DNA of 55,118 nt from NCBI GenBank assembly GCA_025458805.1, contig JALORQ010000008.1:1-55118 (forward strand), given 5' to 3'. Below are positions 37,465 to 47,478 of this stretch, piece after piece. The position numbers and the translations under genes are program-made. Within the stretch, counting starts at the first letter, position 1, and every line of letters begins with the position of its first letter. Source of the DNA: Rubrivivax sp. (lineage in GTDB: Bacteria; Pseudomonadota; Gammaproteobacteria; Burkholderiales; Burkholderiaceae_C). Below the pieces are notes generated by a model, which was given only the letters and a program-made list of their open reading frames with translations, ran no database searches and was not told the DNA's origin.

Positions 37465-39627
37465 GTGAAAGGTCAGTTCCATCCCAAGAACGACGTGTCG
37501 CTGAACACGTCGGGCAACCCGTCGATCCGCGACGTCATCGACGCCGTCGACACCAGCCGCCGCAGCTTCCTGAAGGCCGGCGCCGGCACCGGTGCCGTCG
37601 CGGTCTTCGGCGGCTTCGCGCTCGCCGCCGTGCCGCAGGCCGCGAAGGCCGCGATCCCGGCCGGCACCGGCTTCGCCGGCATCGGCTTCACCAGCGTGCC
37701 GCCGAACCTGCGCAACGCGGCCACCGGCAAGCTGTTCAAGGACCTGGTGACGGTGCCGATCGATTACACCGCGCGGGTCATCTCGGCCTGGGGCGACCCG
37801 ATCATGCCCGGCGCGCCCGACTGGGATCCGGCCTCGACGCAGGACGCCGCCGCGCAGGAGATGCAGGTCGGCATGCACCACGACGGCATGCACTTCTTCC
37901 CGTTCACCGCCGCCGACGGCACGCCGTCGAGCACCGAGGGCCTGCTCGTGATGAACCACGAGTACACGGACGAGAACCAGCTGCACGGCGCCGAGGGCCT
38001 GACCGGCGGCGCCGGCGTCACGATCGCCAAGGTGCGCAAGTCGCAGGCTGCGCATGGCGTCTCGGTACAGCACGTGCGCAAGACCGCGCGCGGCTGGCGC
38101 GTCGTGCGCAACTCGCGCTTCGGCCGCCGCATCACGGCCAACACGCCGATGCGCATCTCGGGCCCGGCCGCGGGCAACGACCTGCTGAAGAGCAAGAAGT
38201 TCGACATCACGCCCGACGGCTCGGTCGACACCGGGATGGTCAACGACGGCTTCACCGCCTACGGCACGATGAACAACTGCGCCAACGGCTACACGCCCTG
38301 GGGCACCTACCTGACCTGCGAGGAGAACTGGAACGGGTACTTCGCCGCGCCGACCAACGGGGCCGTGATCGACCCGGACCTGTTCGACCAGAAGCCCGAG
38401 ATCATCAAGGGCAAGTCGCGCTACGGCATCAGCACCACGGGCTTCGGCTACCAGTGGCACGTGGTGGACCCGCGCTTCAACGCCGACACCAACCCGCTCG
38501 AGCCCAACACCACCGGCTGGGTGGTCGAGATCGACCCGTTCAACCCGCGCAGCACCCCGGTCAAGCGCACCGCGCTGGGCCGCTTCAAGCACGAGAGCGC
38601 ACAGGTCGTGGTGGATGCCAACGACAACGTCGCCTTCTACATGGGCGACGACGAGCGCAACGAGTACATCTACAAGTTCGTCTGCGCGAACAAGCTCAAC
38701 CGCAGCAACCCGCGCGCCAACCGCAACATGCTGGACAACGGCACGCTGTATGTCGCGCGCTTCGACGCCAACGGCGCCGGCGAGTGGCTGCCGCTGGTCT
38801 GGGGCCAGAACGGGCTCACTCCCGAGAACGGCTTCGCCGACCAGGGCGAGGTGCTGATCAAGACGCGCCAGGCCGCCGACCGCCTCGGCGCGACGATGAT
38901 GGACCGCCCCGAGTGGACCGCCGTGCGCCCGCGCACGCTGGGTTTCGAGGAGATCGAGGTCTACTGCACGCTGACCAACAACTCGCGCCGCGGCAACAAC
39001 CCGCCGTCGTCGAACAAGCCCGATGGCACGACCAACGCGGCCAGCGCCAATCCGCCGGTCGACGGCGCCAACCCGCGCCCCGACAACGACTACGGCCACA
39101 TCATCCGCTGGCGCGAGGGCGGCCGCTCGGTGATGGCGACGACCTTCACCTGGGACGTGTTCGTGCAGTGCGGCGACAAGCTGGCGACCAAGACGCTGGG
39201 CAGCAGCTACAACCCGGCCGGCCACGACGGCTACAAGGGCAACATCGTCGGCGACGACTACGGTGCGCCGGACGGCCTGTGGTTCGACGACTACGGCCGC
39301 CTGTGGATCCAGACCGACCAGCAGGGCGACGGCGGCGGCGACTGGGTCAACATCGGCGGCAACGTGATGGTCTGCGCCGACCCCAACACCGGGGCCACGC
39401 GGCGCTTCCTCACGTCGCCGACCGACTGCGAGGTCACCGGCGTCATCGTGACCCCGGACCACCGCACGATGTTCGTCAACATCCAGCACCCTGGCGACAG
39501 CGGCACGCCGAGCGATCCGACGAAGACCAGCCACTGGCCGTTCAGCCAGGGCTACGGCCCGGCCGGCCGCCCGCGTTCGGCCACCGTCGTGATCACCAAG
39601 AACGACGGCGGGATCATCGGCACCTGA
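37465..39627 (+). CDS. phoX: PhoX-family alkaline phosphatase, Tat exported
   Basis: SRRSFLK, GMHHDGM, NHEY, NCANGYTPWGTYLTCEEN, GRFKHE, MDRPEW, PDGL, NIQHPG; AGGAG RBS. Confidence 0.95.
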   Translation: MKGQFHPKNDVSLNTSGNPSIRDVIDAVDTSRRSFLKAGAGTGAVAVFGGFALAAVPQAAKAAIPAGTGFAGIGFTSVPPNLRNAATGKLFKDLVTVPIDYTARVISAWGDPIMPGAPDWDPASTQDAAAQEMQVGMHHDGMHFFPFTAADGTPSSTEGLLVMNHEYTDENQLHGAEGLTGGAGVTIAKVRKSQAAHGVSVQHVRKTARGWRVVRNSRFGRRITANTPMRISGPAAGNDLLKSKKFDITPDGSVDTGMVNDGFTAYGTMNNCANGYTPWGTYLTCEENWNGYFAAPTNGAVIDPDLFDQKPEIIKGKSRYGISTTGFGYQWHVVDPRFNADTNPLEPNTTGWVVEIDPFNPRSTPVKRTALGRFKHESAQVVVDANDNVAFYMGDDERNEYIYKFVCANKLNRSNPRANRNMLDNGTLYVARFDANGAGEWLPLVWGQNGLTPENGFADQGEVLIKTRQAADRLGATMMDRPEWTAVRPRTLGFEEIEVYCTLTNNSRRGNNPPSSNKPDGTTNAASANPPVDGANPRPDNDYGHIIRWREGGRSVMATTFTWDVFVQCGDKLATKTLGSSYNPAGHDGYKGNIVGDDYGAPDGLWFDDYGRLWIQTDQQGDGGGDWVNIGGNVMVCADPNTGATRRFLTSPTDCEVTGVIVTPDHRTMFVNIQHPGDSGTPSDPTKTSHWPFSQGYGPAGRPRSATVVITKNDGGIIGT

Positions 39628-39772
39628 GCGAGCGCACCGGCGCAGGCGCGGCGTCGCCGAGCCTGCGCCCGAGCGGTGGGGCGGCCGACCGGCCGACCCC
39701 GACGCACGACACGCCGGCCTCGCGCCGGCGTGGTCGTCTCGGGTCCCGCGCGTTGCATTAGCCTTGCGGCCG

Positions 39773-40309
39773 ATGCGTCGATCCGCCTGCCCCCGCGACC
39801 GCCGGTCGCGCCGCCTCCCGATCGCCGCCGCGGCGCTGATGCTGGCGCTGGGCGCGGCGCACGCCGACGACGACCGCTTCGGCGTCTACGGGCTGGCGCC
39901 GGCCGCCGCGGGGCAGACCGTGGCAGAGGCCGAGCGCGCGCTCGGCGCGCGGCTCGTCGCCGGCGCCTCCGACGCGGCGCGCCCGTGCCATCTGCGCCGC
40001 AGCCGCGCGCAGCCCGGCGTCGACGTGGTCGTGAACCGCGGGCTGATCGTCCGCATGGAGACGCGCGACCCGCGCTGGGCGACGCTGCGCGGGCTGCGCG
40101 TCGGCGACAGCGAGGCGAAGGCGCGGCAGATCTACGGCAAGCGGCTCACGGTCGTGCCGCATCCGTACTTCGCGCGCGGCCACCTGCTGTCGGTGCGAGC
40201 CGCCGATGGCCAGCACGCGCTGGTGATGGAGAGCAACGACCAGGGCCGCATCGTCACGCTGCGCGGCGGGCGGCTGCCGGCGGTCGAGTACCTCGAGGGC
40301 TGCTCCTGA
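39773..40309 (+). CDS. Secreted hypothetical protein (two Cys, ends EGCS)
   Basis: Signal peptide ending AAHA; GLRVGDSEAKARQIYG; normal codon usage. Confidence 0.65.
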   Translation: MRRSACPRDRRSRRLPIAAAALMLALGAAHADDDRFGVYGLAPAAAGQTVAEAERALGARLVAGASDAARPCHLRRSRAQPGVDVVVNRGLIVRMETRDPRWATLRGLRVGDSEAKARQIYGKRLTVVPHPYFARGHLLSVRAADGQHALVMESNDQGRIVTLRGGRLPAVEYLEGCS

Positions 40310-40377
40310 CCCCTGCCTGCGTGCGCACGTCGACGTCGGCGGCGGCCGATAATCCCTCCCCGGCACGGCACTCGACG

Positions 40378-41577
40378 ATGCAACGCACCGCCCTCGACAT
40401 CGCGATCGTCGGCGCGGGTCCGGCGGGACTCGCGCTGGCACTTCACGCCGCGCGCGCACTGCCGCACGCGCGCATCACGCTGCTCGACGCGCGTCCGGCC
40501 GACCGCGACGTCGGCGCCGATCCGCGCACGCTCGCGCTGTCGCTCGGCAGCGTTCAGCTGCTGCGTCGGCTGGACGTCTGGCCGGTCGGCGCAGCCCAGC
40601 CGATCGACGAGGTCCATGTCTCGCAGGTCGCCACCGGACGGCCCGGCACCGGCCGTGCGGTGCGCATCCGCGCGCGCGACGAGGCGGTGCCGATGCTGGG
40701 TGCGGTGCTGCGCTACGGCGAGCTCGTCGCGCCGATGCAGCGCGCTTGGGAGCAGGCCGCTGCCGCGTCGCCGGAGCGGCTGCGCACGCGCTTCGGCACC
40801 GTCGTCGCGGCGCTCAAGCCGGTGGCAGCAGGCGTCGAGGTCGACGCCGGCATCGCCGAGGCCTTCGACGTCGCGATCGTCGCCGAAGGCGGCGTCTTCG
40901 CGGAGCAATCCCGTCGCTTAGTGGCGCACGACTACGCGCAGACGGCCTGGGTCGGCGAGGCGATGCTGGCCGGCGGCGACCCGGGCACAGCGTTCGAGCG
41001 CTTCACGCCGGACGGCCCGCTTGCGCTGCTGCCGCTGCGCCCGCCGGGGACGCCCGACCCCGATCACCTCCGGCCGGTCGCGCTGGTCTGGTGCACCGCG
41101 ACTGCGCGCGACGCCGTGGCCGGGCTCGACGGCGCAGCGCGGCTCGCTCGGCTGCGCGAACTCGCGCCGCACGAGGCCGGCAGCGTGGTCTCGCTGGGCC
41201 CGCTGAAGGCCTTCGCGCTCGGGCTCAACGCCGAGCGCACGCTGGTCGACGGGCGCACGGTGCGCATCGGCAACGCCGCACAGACGCTGCACCCCGTGGC
41301 GGGCCAGGGCCTCAACCTCGGCCTGCGCGACGTGCACGTCCTGGTCGACGCGCTGCGCTTCGGCGGCGACGACCTCGATCGCGCGCTCGCGCGCGTCGAG
41401 TGGACGCGCGCGCCCGACCGCTGGGCGACGATCGCGACGACCGATTTCCTCGCACGCAGCTTCACGTGGCAGCTGCCGGGTGCGTCGCTCGCGCGCGCGC
41501 TCGGCCTTTCGGCGCTCGAGGCCGTGCCGCCGCTGAAGTCGGCCTTCGCGCGGCGCATGATGTTCGGCCTGCGCTAG
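40378..41577 (+). CDS. ubiH: UbiH/VisC-family FAD-dependent hydroxylase
   Basis: IVGAGPAG, DYAQTA, FERFTPDGPLALLP, IGNAAQTLHPVAGQGLNLGLRD. Confidence 0.88.
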   Translation: MQRTALDIAIVGAGPAGLALALHAARALPHARITLLDARPADRDVGADPRTLALSLGSVQLLRRLDVWPVGAAQPIDEVHVSQVATGRPGTGRAVRIRARDEAVPMLGAVLRYGELVAPMQRAWEQAAAASPERLRTRFGTVVAALKPVAAGVEVDAGIAEAFDVAIVAEGGVFAEQSRRLVAHDYAQTAWVGEAMLAGGDPGTAFERFTPDGPLALLPLRPPGTPDPDHLRPVALVWCTATARDAVAGLDGAARLARLRELAPHEAGSVVSLGPLKAFALGLNAERTLVDGRTVRIGNAAQTLHPVAGQGLNLGLRDVHVLVDALRFGGDDLDRALARVEWTRAPDRWATIATTDFLARSFTWQLPGASLARALGLSALEAVPPLKSAFARRMMFGLR

Positions 41578-42371
41578 AGCCTGCGGTGCGCGAGCGCCGG
41601 CAACTGGCGGCGCACCTCGGCGATGCGCGCCGGGTCGACGTCGGCGACGACGACCCCGTCGCCCTCGTCGCGGACGCCGAGCACGTCGCCCCAGGGGTCG
41701 ACGATCATGCTGTGTCCCCAGGTGCGGCGACCGTTCTCGTGGCGACCGCCTTGCGCCGGCGCGAGCACGTAGCACTGGTTCTCGACCGCCCGCGCCCGCA
41801 GCAGCAGCTCCCAGTGCGCACGGCCGGTCGTCCACGTGAACGCCGAAGGCACCGCGAGCAGGTCGCAGGGGGGCTGCATCAGGCGCCGGTAGAGCTCGGG
41901 GAAGCGCAGGTCGTAGCACACCGACAGCCCGACGCGCAGCGTGCCGCACTGCACCGCGACCGGACTCTCGCCGGCGTCGAGGACCGCCCCTTCGTCGTAG
42001 CGCTCGCGCCCGTTGTCGAAGGCGAACAGGTGCAGCTTGTCGTAGCGCGCGACGAGCTTCCCGTCGGGCGCGAACACCGGTGTGCGGTTGAGCACGCGGC
42101 CCGCGGCGCTGCCGGCCGCGGGGATCGTGCCACCGAGGATCCACACGCCGTGCCGCCGCGCCGCGTCGGCCAGCATGTGCTGGATCGGCCCGCCGTCGGC
42201 CGGCTCGGCATGCACGACCTTGTCGCCGTCGCGCCCCATCAGGCAGAAGTACTCGGGCAGTGCGACCAGCCCGGCGCCCGCCGCGGCCGCCTCGCCGATC
42301 AGGCGCGCAGCCGCGTCGAGGTTGCGCGCCACGTCGGGCGTCGAAACCATCTGCACCGCGGCGACCTTCAT
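41574..42371 (-). CDS. Carbon-nitrogen hydrolase (Nit1 / deaminated glutathione amidase family)
   Basis: LPEYF, YDKLHLF, VCYDLRFPE, RAVENQCY, WGHSMIVDPWG. Confidence 0.93.
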   Translation of the reverse strand: MKVAAVQMVSTPDVARNLDAAARLIGEAAAAGAGLVALPEYFCLMGRDGDKVVHAEPADGGPIQHMLADAARRHGVWILGGTIPAAGSAAGRVLNRTPVFAPDGKLVARYDKLHLFAFDNGRERYDEGAVLDAGESPVAVQCGTLRVGLSVCYDLRFPELYRRLMQPPCDLLAVPSAFTWTTGRAHWELLLRARAVENQCYVLAPAQGGRHENGRRTWGHSMIVDPWGDVLGVRDEGDGVVVADVDPARIAEVRRQLPALAHRRL

Positions 42372-42515
42372 GCCGCGATTGTCTCGCGGCGCGGGTCGCC
42401 GAGAATCCCCATTCGCGCAGCGGGGCGCGCGAGCGCCTACGCTGCGGGCCGAGCAAGAAGACGATTCGATGACGAGGTGCCGCCCACCCCCGGGCGGACG
42501 ACGACGAGGGAAGGC

Positions 42516-45266
42516 ATGACCGGTGCAGCCGCACAGTCCGTGACCGACGCGCCGGCGCGGGCGGAGCACAGTCGATTCGTGCAGCGCGTGCGCCGTCGCT
42601 GGGGCCCCGAGCGGGCGCACCTGGCGCCGGGCGTCCCCGACGCCGAGGCGATCACCGGGCTCGTGGCACGGCTGCGCGATGGCGGGCGCGAGCTGCCTTC
42701 GGCATTGCGCGTGGCCCGCCACCTCGTGCTCGAGCGGCTGGCGGTGCTCGACGTCGAGGGCGACGCTCCGCTGCAGGCGGTCACCGGCGCGATGACCGCG
42801 CTCGCCGAGGCGACGCTCGAGCTGGCGCTCGCGCAGGCGCTGGCCGAGGCCGACGAGCGGCACGGGCCGCCGCTCGATGCGCACCGCAGGCGCATCGACT
42901 TCTGGATCGTCGGCATGGGCAAGCTCGGCGCCCGCGAGCTCAACGTCTCGTCGGACATCGACCTCGTCTACGTCTACGAGGACGACGGCCAGACCGACGG
43001 GGCGCGGCCGGTCTCGTTCCACGAGTACTTCGCGTTCGTCGCGCGCCGGCTCCACGCGCTGATCGGCGAGACCACCGACGACGGCCTGGTCTTCCGCGTC
43101 GACCTCGCGCTGCGCCCGAACGGGCAGTCAGGCCCGCCGGTCGTCAGCCTGGGCATGCTGGAGGAGTACTTCCAGGTCCAGGGCCGCGAGTGGGAGCGCT
43201 TCGCGTGGCTGAAGAGCCGCGTCGTCGCGCCCCGCGCCGCGGTGGCCAGCGGCCGCGCGCTCGCGCTGCGCGCGCTCGTCGCGCCCTTCGTCTATCGGCG
43301 CTACCTCGACTACGGCGTCTTCGAGGGGCTGCGGCAGCTGCATCGAAAGGTGCGCGACGAGGCGCAGCGCCGCGCCGCCGGCCGGCCCGAGCGCGCCAAC
43401 GACGTCAAGCTGTCGCGCGGCGGCATCCGCGAGATCGAGTTCCTCGTGCAGCTGCTGCAGGTGGTGCGCGGCGGCCAGTTCCCGGAGCTGCGGACCCGAT
43501 CGACGCTCAAGGCGCTGTCGCGGCTGGCCGCGTTCGGGCTCATCGGCCCCGAGACCGCGCAGCGGCTCAGCGAGGGCTACGTCTTCCTGAGGCGCGTCGA
43601 GCACCGCATTCAGTATCTCGACGACCAGCAGACGCACCTGCTGCCGACCGACGACGCCGACCTCGGCTGGATGGCGCGCAGCCTCGGGCTCACCTGCCGC
43701 GCCGAGGCCTGCGAGCTGCTCGACCGCCTGTGCGAGGTGCGCGAGGTGGTGGCCACCGAGTTCGACGCGCTGCTGCGCGAGGGCGCGATCGGCACGCCGG
43801 GCAACGGCCGCCAGAACTGCCGCGGCTGCACGCCGGCGCCGCTGCCAGTGGACAGCGAGGCGCTCCTCGAGCGCCTGCCGGCGTCGCTGCAGGCCCGGCT
43901 CGGACCGTGGTCGCGCCACCCGCGCGTGCAGTCGCTGCGCGACGAGAGCCGCCTGCGCCTCGGGCGTCTGATGCAGCGCACCGGCCAGGCGCTCGACGAC
44001 GGCCTTTGCAGCGAGGCGGCGGCACTGCGCTTCGTCGACTGGTGCGAGACGCTGCTGCGCCGCGAGAGCTACCTGGCGCTGCTCGCCGAGCGCCCGGAGG
44101 TGCAGGACCGGCTCCTGCGGCTGCTCGGCCAGGCCCGCTGGCCGGCGCAGTATCTGCTGCGCCACCCGGGCGTGATCGACGAGCTGGCCGATGCGCGCCT
44201 GGCGCACCTGCGATTCGAGCGCGCAGCGTTCGTCGCGGAGCTCGAGGACCGCCGCGAGGCCTGGCAGCGCTCGGGCGAGGACGACGAGGAGAAGCTGCTC
44301 GACACGATGCGCCGTGCGCACCACGCCGAGGTCTTCCGCACCCTGGTGCGAGACGTCGAGGGCGAGCTCTCGGTCGAGGAGGTCGCCGACGACCTCTCGG
44401 CACTCGCCGACGCCACGCTGGACGTCGCGCTGCGCTGGGCCTGGTCGCGCTTCGCGCGGCGCCACCGCGACGTTCCCGGGCTGGCCGTCATCGCCTACGG
44501 CAAGCTCGGCGGCAAGGAGCTCGGCTACGGCAGCGACCTGGATCTGGTCTTCTTGTTCGACGACGACGACGAGCCCGACAAGAACCTCGCGCTCGAGGTC
44601 TACGGCGCGTTCGTGCGCAAGCTGATCACGTTCCTGACGCTGCGCACCGCGGCGGGCGAGCTGTTCGAGATCGACACCGCGCTGCGCCCGAACGGCAACT
44701 CGGGGCTGCTGGTCACGTCGATCGGCGCGTTCGAGCGCTACCAGGAAGGTCGCGGCAGCAACACCGCGTGGACCTGGGAGCACCAGGCGCTGACGCGGGC
44801 GCGCTTCGCGGCCGGCGCGCCGGCGATCGCGCCGCGTTTCGAGACTGTGCGCCGGCACGTGCTGACCGCCGCGCGCGACCCCGAGGCGCTGCGCGAGGAA
44901 GTCCGCGCGATGCGCGAGAAGCTGCGCGCGGCGCGCCCGGTGCCTTCAGGGCGCTTCGACGTGAAGCACAGCCCCGGCGGCATGGTCGACGTCGAGTTCG
45001 CGGTGCAGCAGCTGGTGCTCGCGCATGCCGCGGCCCACCCGGGGCTGCTGGCCAACGCGGGCAACATCGCGCTGCTGCGGCGCGCCGAGGCCGCCGGGCT
45101 GCTGCCTCCGGGTGTCGGCACCGCGGCGGCGGACGCCTACCGCGAGCTGCGCCGGGCCCAGCACCGCGCACGCCTCGACGAGATGCCGACGCAGGTCGCG
45201 CCCGAGTCGATGGCCGCCGCGCGCGATGCCGTGCTCGCGCTGTGGCGCACCGTCTTTCCGGGCTGA
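42516..45266 (+). CDS. glnE: Glutamine synthetase adenylyltransferase
   Basis: GMGKLGARELNVSSDIDL, VKLSRGGIREIEF, YGKLGGKELGYGSDLD, WTWEHQAL. Confidence 0.97.
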   Translation: MTGAAAQSVTDAPARAEHSRFVQRVRRRWGPERAHLAPGVPDAEAITGLVARLRDGGRELPSALRVARHLVLERLAVLDVEGDAPLQAVTGAMTALAEATLELALAQALAEADERHGPPLDAHRRRIDFWIVGMGKLGARELNVSSDIDLVYVYEDDGQTDGARPVSFHEYFAFVARRLHALIGETTDDGLVFRVDLALRPNGQSGPPVVSLGMLEEYFQVQGREWERFAWLKSRVVAPRAAVASGRALALRALVAPFVYRRYLDYGVFEGLRQLHRKVRDEAQRRAAGRPERANDVKLSRGGIREIEFLVQLLQVVRGGQFPELRTRSTLKALSRLAAFGLIGPETAQRLSEGYVFLRRVEHRIQYLDDQQTHLLPTDDADLGWMARSLGLTCRAEACELLDRLCEVREVVATEFDALLREGAIGTPGNGRQNCRGCTPAPLPVDSEALLERLPASLQARLGPWSRHPRVQSLRDESRLRLGRLMQRTGQALDDGLCSEAAALRFVDWCETLLRRESYLALLAERPEVQDRLLRLLGQARWPAQYLLRHPGVIDELADARLAHLRFERAAFVAELEDRREAWQRSGEDDEEKLLDTMRRAHHAEVFRTLVRDVEGELSVEEVADDLSALADATLDVALRWAWSRFARRHRDVPGLAVIAYGKLGGKELGYGSDLDLVFLFDDDDEPDKNLALEVYGAFVRKLITFLTLRTAAGELFEIDTALRPNGNSGLLVTSIGAFERYQEGRGSNTAWTWEHQALTRARFAAGAPAIAPRFETVRRHVLTAARDPEALREEVRAMREKLRAARPVPSGRFDVKHSPGGMVDVEFAVQQLVLAHAAAHPGLLANAGNIALLRRAEAAGLLPPGVGTAAADAYRELRRAQHRARLDEMPTQVAPESMAAARDAVLALWRTVFPG

Positions 45267-45835
45267 CGTACCCGGGGCGCGCCTGGCTCGCGGCGGCGGC
45301 GGTGCTCGCCGCCGGCGCCGTCGCCGGGGCGGGCATCCCGGCTGCGGCCGCGGTGCTCGACTGGCAGCCGGCGCTGGCGCTCTCCGAACCGTGGCGCGCG
45401 TGGACCGCCGCGTTCGTGCACTGGAGCGGCCTGCACCTGGGTGCAAATCTCGGGGCGCTCGCCGTGCTGGCGTCGCTGGGCCCGGCCGGCCGGCTGCCGG
45501 CGCGCGCGGCGCTCGCGTGGCTGGCGGCGTGGCCGCTGACGCACGCCCTGCTGCTGCTGCGCCCCGAGCTGTCGCACTACGGCGGGCTGTCGGGCGTGCT
45601 GCATGCGGGGGTCGCGATCGCCGGCTGGTTCATCGTCGCGGACGGCGCCGGGCGCGCGCGCTGGATCGGCGGCGCGATCCTGGCCGGGCTCGCGGCGAAG
45701 CTGGTGCTCGAAGCGCCGTGGGGCCCCGCGCTGCGCGCGCTGCCGGGCTGGGACATCCCGCTCGCCCCGGTCGGCCATGCGACGGGCGCCGCCGCCGGCT
45801 TGGCCTGCGCGGTCGTCGCGCGCGTTCGGCGATGA
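45242..45835 (+). CDS. rrtA: Rhombosortase (rhomboid protease for GlyGly-CTERM)
   Basis: EPWRAWTAAFVH, HLGAN, YGGLSGVLHAG, GHATGAAAG; GTG start overlaps the glnE end. Confidence 0.8.
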   Translation: MAHRLSGLTYPGRAWLAAAAVLAAGAVAGAGIPAAAAVLDWQPALALSEPWRAWTAAFVHWSGLHLGANLGALAVLASLGPAGRLPARAALAWLAAWPLTHALLLLRPELSHYGGLSGVLHAGVAIAGWFIVADGAGRARWIGGAILAGLAAKLVLEAPWGPALRALPGWDIPLAPVGHATGAAAGLACAVVARVRR

Positions 45836-45844
45836 TCGCCGGCA

Positions 45845-46738
45845 ATGACGGCACGCCGCGAGCACCTCGACACCCCGGCGGTCGCGCTGCTGGTGCTGTG
45901 CTGCGCGATCTGGGGGCTCAACCAGGTCGCGGCCAAGGTCGCGCTCGCGGAGCTGCCGCCGCTGCTGCAGGCCGGCGCGCGCTCGCTCGGTGCGGCGGCG
46001 CTGGTGATGGCGTGGTCGCGATGGCGCGGCATCGCGCTCTTCGGCCGCGACGGCACGCTGCGCGGCGGCCTGCTGGCCGGGCTGCTGTTCGCGATCGAGT
46101 TCGGCTGCATCTTCGTCGGTCTGCAGTACACGACGGCGTCGCGGATGGTGGTCTTCATCTACCTGTCGCCCTTCGTCGTTGCGCTCGGCATGCCCTTCAT
46201 CGCCGCGGGCGAGCGCCTGAGCGCGCGACAGTTCGCCGGTCTCGCCCTCGCCTTCGGTGGCGTTGCCTGGGCCTTCGCCGAAGGGTTCACGCAGCCCGCC
46301 GCCGGCCCGATGCAGTGGGTCGGCGATGCGCTGGGCGTCGCGGGCGCAGTGTTCTGGGGCGCGACGACGCTGGTCATCCGCGCCTCGCGGCTGTCGACCG
46401 CCGCGCCCGAGAAGACGCTGCTCTACCAGCTGCTGGGCTCCGGGCTGCTGCTCGGCGCGGCCGGCCTCGCCGCCGGCGAGCACTGGCCGGCCTTGCCGTC
46501 GGCGATCACGCTCGGCTCGCTGGCCTTCCAGATCGTGGTCGTGACGTTCGCCAGCTACCTGGCCTGGTTCTGGCTCGTGCGCCATTACCCGGCCACGAGG
46601 CTCGCCGCCTTCACGCTGCTGACCCCGGTCTTCGGCTTGCTGGCCGGCGCCCTGCTGCTGGACGAGCCGGTGACGCCACGGCTGATCGCGGCGCTGGCCG
46701 CGGTGAGCGTCGGCATCGCGCTGGTCAACCGGCGCTGA
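45845..46738 (+). CDS. DMT/EamA family transporter
   Basis: IWGLNQV, two EamA repeats, LTPVFG. Confidence 0.92.
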   Translation: MTARREHLDTPAVALLVLCCAIWGLNQVAAKVALAELPPLLQAGARSLGAAALVMAWSRWRGIALFGRDGTLRGGLLAGLLFAIEFGCIFVGLQYTTASRMVVFIYLSPFVVALGMPFIAAGERLSARQFAGLALAFGGVAWAFAEGFTQPAAGPMQWVGDALGVAGAVFWGATTLVIRASRLSTAAPEKTLLYQLLGSGLLLGAAGLAAGEHWPALPSAITLGSLAFQIVVVTFASYLAWFWLVRHYPATRLAAFTLLTPVFGLLAGALLLDEPVTPRLIAALAAVSVGIALVNRR

Positions 46739-46794
46739 CGACCGGGGCGGCTAGACTCTTCGCCCATCGACCCTCTAGCCCGGGAGACCGTCCG

Positions 46795-47463
46795 ATGATC
46801 ACGCTGTGCGGCTTCGCCCTGTCGAACTACTACAACAAGGTCAAGCTGGTGCTTCTCGAGAAGGGCATCCCTTTCACCGAGGAGCGCGTCAAGGCCGGCT
46901 CGCAGGACGACGCGGTGCTCGACGCGTCGCCGCTCGGCAAGATCCCGTTCATCCGCACCGAGAACGGCTCGCTGTGCGAGAGCCAGGTCATCGTCGACTA
47001 CCTCGAGAGCCGCTTCCCGCAGCCCGCGCTGGTGCCGTCGGACCCGTTCGGCGCCGCCAAGGTGCGCGAGCTCGCAGTCTTCGTCGACCTGCACCTCGAG
47101 CTGGTCGCGCGCGAGCTCTACGCGCAGGCCTTCTTCGGCGGCAGCGTGAGCGACGACGCGAAGGAGCGCGTGCGCAAGCTGCTCGCGCGCCACATCGCCG
47201 GCTTCCGCCGGCTGGCGAGGTTCTCGCCGTACGTGGCCGGCGAGCAGTTCACGCTCGCCGACTGCTCGGCCTGGGTCAGCCTGCCGCTGGTCGCGATGTC
47301 GACGCGCCTGGTGCTGGGCGAGGACATGCTGGCCGCGGCCGGCATCGACTGGAAGGGCTACACGCGAATGGTCGGCGAACGCCCGGCGGCGCAGCGCGTC
47401 GCTGCCGACCGCAAGGCCGACGAGACCGCGTTGGCGGCCGCGCGCGCGGCCAGGGGCGCCTGA
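46795..47463 (+). CDS. Glutathione S-transferase
   Basis: SNYYNKVK, SPLGKIPF, ESQVIVDYLE, FTLADC. Confidence 0.92.
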   Translation: MITLCGFALSNYYNKVKLVLLEKGIPFTEERVKAGSQDDAVLDASPLGKIPFIRTENGSLCESQVIVDYLESRFPQPALVPSDPFGAAKVRELAVFVDLHLELVARELYAQAFFGGSVSDDAKERVRKLLARHIAGFRRLARFSPYVAGEQFTLADCSAWVSLPLVAMSTRLVLGEDMLAAAGIDWKGYTRMVGERPAAQRVAADRKADETALAAARAARGA

Positions 47464-47478
47464 GGCCGTCGGCGCGGG

